From Squalus acanthias (Eukaryota), in the NCBI GenBank assembly GCA_030390025.1, contig CM059432.1, positions 25,174,001-25,238,000 of the forward strand: a stretch of DNA of 64,000 bases, read 5' to 3'. Below, piece after piece: positions 1-9,125 of this stretch. The notes beneath the pieces were generated by a model, which had not been told where the DNA came from, searched no databases, and saw nothing but the letters and a program-made list of their open reading frames with translations. Numbering within the stretch: position 1 is the stretch's first letter; each line of letters opens with the position of its first letter. The translations under genes were made by a program, and so were the position numbers.

Positions 1-1207
1 CAGGAGGCCCTCACCACAAGTCTGCCGAACTATGTGGAGGGAGGGGGCACACCATATCACGGGCATCACTGTAGTTCCCAGGACCCACACCAGTGCAGGA
101 ATAACTTTAACAAGCTCACACGGGTGGTCAGGGTGAGTGAAGGCTTCAACAAATGCTACATACCGCCACCTGTACCACAAGCTTCACACACTGCTCAATG
201 TACCACACCCCCAGCACTCACCCACCAACAATCTCTACCTAGCAACACTCACACACACATCTCACACCTTGCACACAATGACAGCTATTCAACTATGGCA
301 GGCACAAGGGTCATTAGTTATTAGAATTCATGTGATATGTGTGATATGTTTATGCACAAATCTATTAATAGAGTTTGGAATATTTTGTGGTATCTCTCAT
401 TTCACCTTTGCACCCAGGAGGACTCTGTGATATGGCATGACACTTTGATGGTATGATGGGGATGTGGTGAGCAACAGGGATCTGGGGTTTCATTCATTCA
501 AATCGGAGTCTGATGAGCTGGTCATGGACCGCCCGTCCAGAAGCCCAATTGTCTGGCTGCTTCCTCCCTTCCTCCTGTTCCTCGTCTACTTCCTCCTTGT
601 CTTCTTCCTCTTCCCTCTGCACACATGTTTCTGTCTTTCTCATTGCCACCGCTCCCTCTGCCGTAGATCCTGGAGGGTGAGGTGGACTGCCAGTACAGCC
701 CCCATGACTTTTAGCAAGTGTTGTAGGTTGAATCTTTCAAGAATAAATTTTGCACTTTTCTACTTGCCACAACACTCCTGATACCAAAGAACCTTCAAGT
801 CACTAAATAAAACTTTTACAGTATCAGGAACTAAAACACAGGTGCTGAATCTTCACTAACGTGTCAGGTGTGAGTGATTGGGGCTGATTCCTTTAAATAA
901 CATCCCTGAAGCCAGCTTCCTGGTGCTGCACGCCAGCTCTCCCTGTTGTTGTTAACTCCAGGCAGTGAGGTAAGTGGTGAGTAGCAATTTGGCAGATTGG
1001 GCGTTCAGTGAGCGTTGCACACTCACTGACGTCATGATCTCCCTGGTGTTGAAGTTCCCGGCGATCACTGTTACTGGCAGCGCTACAGGCGTCCCGACTT
1101 GCTGTGTGGCGCTGGATTCGACAGGAGCTGTTGTTACAGCTCTCAAAGCCGCATTAGCGCCATGTACTAGTGCTAACGGGTGGCGCTAAGGGGACAAATT
1201 TTCCCCC
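1..1207 (+). mobile_element. Non-autonomous PIF/Harbinger deletion derivative ('copy 0'); left end outside the window
   Basis: Myb/SANT exon-1 end (..QC RNNFNKLTRVVR|GTGAGT at ~132). Minus-strand transposase N-terminus (MGAVLA) is fused to its acidic C-terminus (..SGRAVHDQLIRLRFE*). Right TIR CAAATTTTCCCCC ends at 1207. Homologous to 9558-11140. Confidence 0.85.
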
Positions 1208-1260
1208 AGTATGCTATAAACGGCACAATTTTAGAAAGTGTAGATGAGCAGAGAGACCTG
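1208..1260 (+). mobile_element. CR1 LINE ORF2 fragment
   Basis: Translates YAINGTILESVDEQRDLG, matching the CR1 copies at ~11510 and ~44450. Confidence 0.7.
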
Positions 1261-2038
1261 GGGGGCGATTTTGCCAGCCCTGAGGAGGCGGGTATGGAGG
1301 CGGGACTGCCGGGAAAATGGCAGAAACTGGGAGCGGGTACCGAACCTGCCACCAACCCGCCTCCGTGCCATCTTCCCAGGAGGCGAGTCCCCGACTCGCG
1401 CTGGGACCCATCTCCTCGAGGCGGGAAGGGGATTACAGCCACTTAACTACCTGTTAACAGGTAGTTAATAGGCAGTTAAGAGGATTGTCCCCATTTTTCC
1501 AACACAAGTGCGGGCTTCCCGATGTCAGGAAACCCCGCCAGGGTCAGCGAGGCTAGCAGTGGGTCTGCGGGGGTCAGAGGGTTTGAAAAGTGCGCTGTGG
1601 AGGTGAGTGATGGGTGCAAGTGTAGAGAGGTCAGTATGTGAGGTGAGCGAAAAGTCTTAGAAAAAGTTTCCTTACCTTTGTTTCTTCCTGCAGGCTTCAA
1701 TCGTTGGGGATCCGGAGGCTTCGGCATCTCCACAGCAGAGATGACAGAATGGCTGCTGCATTCTCCGAAGCAACAGCCATCTGATTTCTGCTCAGGAAAT
1801 AGGTTTGGTGAGTTTTGAGTACAAGGACTCATCAAACAACAGTGTTCTCAAAGCTGTCAAATGATGACAATTCATCTGTCAAACATTTTTGACAGATGAA
1901 ACGTCATACGCTGATGTTCTCTGCCACCGGCTTTCCCTTAATTGGTCTGCTAAACCCGCTGGGCGGACTTAACAAGGTCAATCAAGGGAAAATAGCGTGG
2001 GTTGGCCGGACATCGATGGAGGCAGGACTAAAACCCAA
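1261..2038. mobile_element. Probable Harbinger-type MITE, right end degenerate or deleted
   Basis: Begins GGGGGCGATTTT, resembling the other TIRs here. GC-rich arms carry repeated GGCGGG/CCCGCC. It interrupts CR1 coding sequence. Confidence 0.5.
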
Positions 2039-2103
2039 CAATTAGAGGTTTTGATAGAGAACAAATATTCCCTCTGACGAGTAGTTTAATAACCAGAGAT
2101 CAT
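2039..2103 (+). mobile_element. CR1 ORF2 fragment, continued at ~11144
   Basis: IRGFDREQIFPLTSSLITRDH; resumes as IGKRSRGEMKRIFFTHRVVRIWNAL after the Harbinger block. Confidence 0.7.
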
Positions 2104-3330
2104 GGGCTAGAAATTCGTTATAGCCAAGAAATGGGCAGTGTTTAGACTAAAAGGGCTAGAAATTCGGTATTTCCCCGGTTGGGGAGCTAATTTAAAAAAA
2201 GTTTCAGTGTTAGCGCCCGCTAAATTGATTGTTAGCGCTCCAAGGAAGATCTGGAGTGCTAACTCAAGTGATAATCAGCTAACTTAGGGCGCTACACACA
2301 GCGAGCGGGGCTCTACCCGCAGAGCGATAGCCAATTTCAGGTGCACTCCAATGGGACTTATCATTCAGACTGACTCCTTCCAATTCTTAAAGGGGAGGTT
2401 CAATCATTCAGCACAACATCATTCTTAATATTGCTGGCTCTGAAGGCGACCTCCAAGCAACTCAACAGCTACACCTCTTATCCTCATGGCTGATCCCAGT
2501 CCCAGGGAGCGAGCGCGCCGTTTCAGCAACCAGGCATTGGAGGCATTGGTCGCGGCAGTCAAAAGAAGGAGGGCAGTGCTGTTCCCTGTCTTCAGGGCAA
2601 TGTAGAGTGAAGTGGCCCAGGATGCCAGCAGTGTGGTCCTCAGGACCCTCACACAGTGTGGTATAAAATTCAACGACCTCACTCGGGTGGTCAGGGTGAG
2701 TACATGCTTCAACAAGTCCTACATCCCAGCATCTGAACCTTCAGTCTGTACACACTACACAAACCACCACACCCCCACCACTCACCCACCAAGCATCTGC
2801 ACCTACTCAAACTCACATCCACATCTCACGCCTTGCCAACAATCACAGCTGTTCAACTATGGCAGGCACGTCTCCCAACACATAGCTTCACACTCACTCA
2901 CACACTTTCCTTTCTCTTGCAGGCCAAGCTGGCCCACAATAGGAGGGAGCAGGAACGAACAGGCGGGGTGAAGCGGACATCCAACAGCTTACAGACCTGG
3001 AGGAGCGAGTGCTGAGAGTCATTGGGTGCCAGGTGGTGGGCGCCGTGGCCGTCGGCAACGTTGAACCCCTTGGGGACAACAACAGTATGTTCATCCCCTC
3101 TCCTTCTCTCATCCCACTTCCCCCTCACAGCACAACCCTTTCCCACTTTCCAGCTCATTATACAGTCTGCATTCCTTGCTCCCTTCTTGCCCCCCTGCCC
3201 TCACCTTAACATGAGTCTTGTGCCTTTATGCTTTCAGGTAATCAGCAACCAGCTGACCAGCCTGTCCCTGAGCCTCCCAGTGAGAGTAAGGCGGGAGAAG
3301 AGGAGGAGGAAGTACACACCGCGTCACTGC

Positions 3331-3684
3331 ATGTTGCCCCAAAAAGCTGTAGAAGCTACATCATTACATAAATTTAAAACAGAAATAGACAGTTTCCTAG
3401 AAGTAAAGGGAATTAAGGGTTACGGGGAGCGGGCAGGAATTTGGACATGAGTCTAGGTTCGGATCGGTCATGGCCCTGTGGGTAGCGTTGCGGGCCCAGG
3501 GGCCGTGTAGCCTGATCCTGCTCCTATTTTGTGTATCCAATTCTGTTAGGTTCAGGAGATGGCTCTGTGATAGTAGATTGGCGGTTAGGATCAGATCAGC
3601 CATGATCTTATTGAATGGCGGAGCAGGCTCTAGGGGCCAATTGGCCTACTCCTGCTCCTATTTCTTATGTTCTTATGTTCTTAT
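3331..3684 (+). mobile_element. CR1 LINE 3' end with tandem double 3' UTR
   Basis: LPQKAVEATSLHKFKTEIDSFLEVKGIKGYGERAGIWT*, then two 3'-UTR-like modules and a (TTCTTATG)n tail. Confidence 0.85.
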
Positions 3685-3728
3685 GCTCACCCACAGGCAG
3701 CAGCTCAGATACTGGCACTATGCAATAT

Positions 3729-3820
3729 GGGAGCGGTAGCTTAGTGGTAATGTCACTGGGCTAGTATTCCAGAGGCTTGGACTAATAATCCACAGACGTG
3801 AGTTCAAATCCCATCATGAC
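3729..3820 (+). promoter_or_regulatory. tRNA-Thr(AGU)-like Pol III internal promoter
   Basis: A box TAGCTTAGTGG (3737-3747) and B box GTTCAAATCC (3802-3811). Anticodon-arm-like CTGG(G)CTAGTA(T)TCCAG is present twice in tandem. Confidence 0.8.
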
Positions 3821-4152
3821 AGCCTGGGAATTTAAATTCAGTTAATTAAATAAATTTGGAATAAAAAGCTAGTATCAGTAATGGTGACCATGAAACAATC
3901 GGATTGTAGTAAAAACACATCTGGTTCACTAACGTCCTTTAGGGAGGGAAATCTGCCATCCTTACCTGGTCTGGCCTATATGTGACTCCAGACCCACAGC
4001 AATGTGGTTGGCTCTTAACTGCCCTCTGAAGTGGCCTAGCAAATCACTCAATTGTAACTAACCGCTGCAAAACATAATAAGAATGAAAACAGACGGGTCG
4101 ACCTCAGCACCGGCTACAGACACGGCAATGGCACACCCAGCCCAGTCGACCC

Positions 4153-6842
4153 TGCAAAGTCCTCCTCACCAACATCTGGGGACTTGTGCCAAAATTGGGA
4201 GAGCTGCCCCATAGACTAGTCAAGCAACAGCCTGACATAGTCATACTCACAGAATCAGCCAATGTCCCAAACTCCTCCATCACCATCCCTGGGTATGTCC
4301 TGTCCCACTGGCAGGACAGACCCACCAGGGGTGGTGGCACAGTGGTACACAGTTGGGAAGGAGTGGCCCTGGGAATCCTCAACATTGACTCTGAACCCCA
4401 TGAAGCTTCAGGGCAAGGAAACTTCCTGCTGATTACCACCTACTGCCCTCCCTCAGCTGATGAATCAGTACTCCATGTTGAACACCACTTGGAAGAAGCA
4501 CTGAGAGTAGCAAGGGCACAGAATGTACTCTGGGTGGGGGACTTCAATGTCCATCACCAAGAGTGGCTCAGTAGCACTACAGCTGGCCGAGTCCTGAAGG
4601 ACATACTGCCAGTTTGGGCCTACGACAGGTGGTGAGAGAACCAACACGAGGGGAAAAACCTACTTGACATCGTCCTCACCAATCTACCTGTCGCAGATGC
4701 ATCTCTCCATGACAGTATTGGTAGCAGTGACCACCGCACAGTCATTGTGGAGACAAAGTCCCATTTTCACATTGAGGATACCCTCCATCGTGTTATGTAG
4801 CACTACCACCGTGCTAAATGGGATAGATTCAGAACAGAATTGGGCATCTGTGAGGTGCTGTGGGCCATCAACAGCAGCAGAATTGTACTCCACCACAATC
4901 TTTAACCTCATGACCTGGCATATCCCTCACTCTACCATTACCACCAACCCTGGTTCAATAAGGAGTGTAGAAGAGCATGCCGGGAGCAGCACCAGGCGTA
5001 CCTAAAAATGAGGTGCCAACCTGGGGAACCTGCAACACAGGACTACATGCATGCTAAAAAGGAGAAGCAGCATGCTATAGACAGGGCTAAGCAATCCCAC
5101 AATCAACAGATCAGATCAAAGCTCTGCAGTCCTGCCACATCCAGTCATGAATGGTGGTGGACCATTAAACAACTAATGGGAGGAGGAGGCTCCGTGAATA
5201 TTCCCATCCTCAATGATGGTGGAGCCCAGCACATGAGTGCAAAAGACAAGGCTGAAGCGTTTGCAGCCAGAAGTGCCGAGTGGATGACCCATGATCAGCC
5301 TACTCCCAAGGTCCCCACCATCACAGAAGCCAGTCTTCAGCCAATTCGATTCACTCCAATTGACATCAAGAAATAGCTCAGCGCACTGGATACAGCAAAG
5401 GCTATGGGCCCCGACAACATCCCGGATATCGTGCTGAAGACTTGTGCTCCAGAACTAGCCAAGCTGTTCCAGTACAGCTACAACACTGGTATCTATCCGA
5501 CAATGTGGAAAACTGCCCAGGTATGTCCTGGCCACAAAAAGCAGGACAAATCCAACCCGGCCAATTACCGCCCTATCAGTCTACTTTCAATCATCAGCAA
5601 AGTGATGGAAGGTGTCATCGACAGTGCTATCAAGCGGCACTTACTCACCAATAACCTGCTCACTCATGCCCAGTTTGGTTTCCGCCAAGACCACTTGGCT
5701 CCCGACCTCATGACAGCCTTGGTCCAAACATGGACAAAGGAGCTGAATTCCAGAGGCGAGGTGAGAGTGAATGCCCTTGACATCAAGGCAGCATTCGACC
5801 GAGTGTGGCATCAAGGAGCCCTAGTAAAACTGAAGTCAATGGGAATCAGGGGGAAAACGCTCCACTGGCTGGGGTCATACCTAGCACAAAGGAAGATGGT
5901 TGTGGTGATTGAAGTTCAATCATCACAGCCTCAGGACATCGCTGCAGGAGTTCCTCAGGGCAGAGTCCTAGGCCCAACCATCTTCAGCTGCTTCATCAAT
6001 GACCTTCCCGCCAACATAAAGTCAGAAATGGAGATGTTCACTGATGACTGCACAGTGTTCTGCGCCATTCACAACTCCTTAGTCCATGCCCGCATGCAAC
6101 AAGACCTGGACAACGTTCAGGCTTGAGCTGATAAGTGGCAGGTAACATTCGCGCCACACTATCTCAAACAAGCGAGAATCTAACCTCCTCCCCTTGACAT
6201 TCAATGGCATTACCATCGCCGAATCCCCCACCATCAACATCCTGGGGGTCACCACTGACCAGAAACTTAACTGGACCAGCCACATAAATACTGTGGCCAC
6301 AAGAGCAGGTCAGAGGCTAGGTATTCTGTGGCGACTGTCTCACTTCCTGACTCCCCAAAGCCTTTCCACAATTTACAAGGCACAAGCCAGGAGTGTGATG
6401 GAATACTCTCCACTTGCCTGGATGAGTGCAGCTGCCACAACACTCAGGAAGCTCGACACCATCCAGGACAAAGCAGCCCGCTTGATTGGCACCCCATCCA
6501 CCACCTTAAACATTCACTCCCTCCACCACCGGCGTACCGTGGCTGCAGTGTGTACCATCTACAAGCAGCAACTTGCCAAGGCTTCTTCGGCAGCACCTGC
6601 CAAACCCGCGACCTCTTCCACCTAGAAGGACAAGGGCAGCAGGCGCATGGGAACACCACCACCTCCAAGTTCCCCTCCAAGTCACACACCATCCTGACTT
6701 AGAAGTATATCGCCGTTCCTTCATCGTCGCTGGGTCAAAATCCTGGAACTCCCTCCCTAACAGCACTGTGGGAGTACCTTCACCACAAGGACTGCAGCGG
6801 TTCAAGAAGGCAGCTCACCACCACCTTCTCAAGGGCAATTAG
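4153..6842 (+). pseudogene. ORF2 (apurinic-like endonuclease + reverse transcriptase), frameshifted
   Basis: Collinear ORF pieces 4186-4635, 5008-5376, 5404-6126, 6194-6625 and 6573-6842. Confidence 0.9.
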
Positions 6843-7966
6843 GGATGGGCAATAAATTCAGGCCTTGCCAGCGACGCCCAGATCTCATAAGCGAATTAAA
6901 AAAAATATTTAGAGGAAAGTTTAGTAGAGGGGTCTGCACTGGGTGATACACCAGGGACGAGTGGGCTGCAGCAAGGCCAATGGGAAAGGGTCGCTCGGGA
7001 GCCAGCTCCCCGGAGGGCGAGTTCGCGCACGAGTTCTGCTTCACAGGACTCAGATGAGGACCTCGATGGGGAGGCCTTCACAAGAAGGGTGCTGGGCATG
7101 CACTCCGAGATGATAGGTGCAATAGCAAGGGTGCCCGAGATCATGTCGGAAGTGGTAAGGAGCGTGGAGGAGTCCGCCTCCAATATTGCACAGAGCTCTG
7201 CGCACACCATGGAGCCCATCGTTGGCAGTCTGCAAAGGATGGTGGACTCCCTGAGAGAGTGTGGGGACCCAGACCTCATGCCGTGTGTCATGGGTGATGT
7301 GGCAGCAGCCATTGCAGCACAGGCAGAAGCCACGCAACGTCTTAGTGATGTAATATAGTCAATGGTTGCTGCCATCGAGGCTCAGACTGCTCTCATGCAG
7401 TCTCAGCTTGATGCCATACAAGCTCTGACTGCTGCTATCGTCGCTGGGTGCACCGCAGTCCACCAGGTATCCCACGGTGTCGCAGCAGGCCAGCAATCTG
7501 TGCTCCAGTAGATTGGTAGGATGACAGCATTCCTGCTCCCACCACTGCCACTCCGCCATTGCCCTTGTTGCTGCCTATCATCCAGCTAGGCTAGACTGCC
7601 GCCGCACAGCCTGAGGTGGTGCAGTGTACAGCCGGGCCTTCCAGGCTCAGAGCTGCAAGGCCATCTGTAGTCTCTGGCAACGACACTCAGCAGCCTTCCA
7701 CCAGCCCTGCTGCAGCTTCCGAGCACAGACTACGTAGGAGCAGTAGATTAGGAAAAGGGATTGTAAAGATGGGAGGTCAGGGATTGCACAAGGGTGATTA
7801 GTTAATACTGTTGTTGTATATATGTGTTTTCTGAATGTTGATAAATTTATTAATGGAATTTTGCAGATTTTGTGCTGTCTCTCATTTCAGCTTTGCGCTG
7901 TGATATGGCATGCGGAATGAATGGAATGATGGGGATGTGGTCAGCAACCGGGATTTAGGGTAGAAT

Positions 7967-9125
7967 TTATTGGAACCGCAGTCTGATGAGGCAGTCATGG
8001 ACCGACCTTCCAGAAGGCCGATTGAGTGGCTGCCTCCTCCCTCGCTGCTGTTCCTCCTCCTCCTCCTCCTCCTCTCTCTCTTCCTCCTCCTGAGGTGGTC
8101 CTGCTATGCCTGCTAGCAATGGCTGGGCCCTCATGATGGCCAAGTTGTGGAGCATGCAGCACACCACAACGAATAGTGACACCAGCTCTGGCGAGTACTG
8201 GAGGGCTCCTCCCGAGCGGTCAAGGCAGCGGAACCGTTGCTTGAGCACTCTGATGGTCTGCTCAATGATATTCCTGGTGGCGGCAATGGCTCTCATTATA
8301 TGAGTGCTGGGCAGGAGTGTTGGGGTTGCAGAGGGGAGTCATGAGCCAGGTGGAGAGCAGATACCCCTTGTCTCTGACCAGCCAGCTGCGAGCTTGATGT
8401 GATGACTGGAAGACTGCTGGAACACCGGTCTGGCGCAGGATGAAGGCATCATGGCTGCTGCCAGGATAACGGGTACTGATGGTGAGGACTCGCTGTCTGT
8501 GGTCGCTCACCAACTGGACATTAAGTGAGTGATAGCCTTTGCGGTTACGGAAGACCTCAGGATTGTTACGGGGTGCCCGCAAAGCGATGTGGATGCAGTC
8601 AATGGCGCCCTGCACCATGGGGAATCCCGCTATCCTGGCAAAGCCACATGCACGCTCGTCCTGCTTCTTTCTGGTGATGGGGAAGGAAATGTACTCCCTT
8701 TTCCTTCTGTAGAGAGCCTCTGTGACCTCCCAGATGCAGCAATGGACGGCGAACTGCGAGATGTTAGCTCTGTCTCCTGCTGCAGACTGAAAGGATCCGC
8801 TGGCATAGAAATTGAGGGCGACAGTGACCTTGACTGCCACTGAGAGAGCCGTGGTGGTCCTGATGTGAGGCTCGAGGTCTGGCTGCAGGAGGTGGCAGAG
8901 CTCTGTGACCACCTCCTTGGTGAAGCGGAGCCTTCTAAGACGCTGCTCCTCAGTTAAATTTATGTAGGAGAAGTGCTTCCAGAATACCCTGGGAGGGAAA
9001 GGCCTCCTGTTGAGAGCCCGCTTGGCACTCCTCACTCTGGCCACATTTTCCAATGCTTGTCTCTGCCTCCGCTGCCTCCGACGTTGACGCTGGAGGGTGC
9101 GGTCGAGTGCCAGTACAGCCCCCAT
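7967..9125 (-). pseudogene. Harbinger DDE transposase (HARBI1-like), one apparent frameshift near 8290
   Basis: RLRFTKE, VALNFYASGSFQ, GFPMVQGAIDCIHI, NRKGYHSLNVQLV, YPGSSHDAFIL, DKGY, IIEQTIRVLKQRFRCL, CCMLHN, acidic tail. Confidence 0.95.

Larger units (their letters stand above)
3729..6903 (+). mobile_element. APE-RT non-LTR retrotransposon (CR1/jockey group) with tRNA-derived 5' head and no ORF1
   Basis: TSD AATAT (3724-3728, 6904-6908). APE motifs KVLLTNIWGL, PDIVILTE, VGDFNVHH, SDH. RT motifs NYRPISLLS, QFGFR, DIKAAFDRVWH, GVPQG, FTDD. A-rich tail. Confidence 0.9.
2486..7801 (+). pseudogene. Harbinger Myb/SANT-like DNA-binding protein gene with 3 exons (2486-2695, 2923-3084, 3238-7801), disrupted
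   Basis: Exon 1 MADPSPRERARRFSNQALEALV..M*SEVA..QCGIKFNDLTRVVR|GTGAGT. Exon 2 follows TCTCTTGCAG: AKLAHNRREQERTGG..LEERVLRVIG|GTATGT. Exon 3 follows GCTTTCAG and is split by CR1 and LINE insertions; it ends GGQGLHKGD*. Contains stops and frameshifts. Confidence 0.85.

Noticed and set aside
137..430. 97-aa ORF repeated almost identically at 10101-10394
   Set aside because: It is Harbinger Myb intron plus intergenic sequence in two copies of a transposon; starts at GTG and has no coding signature.
3729..3820. Functional tRNA gene
   Set aside because: Duplicated anticodon arm, poor acceptor stem and no terminator; it is a retroelement head.
6896..7375. 159-aa minus-strand ORF
   Set aside because: Antisense shadow of Myb exon 3.
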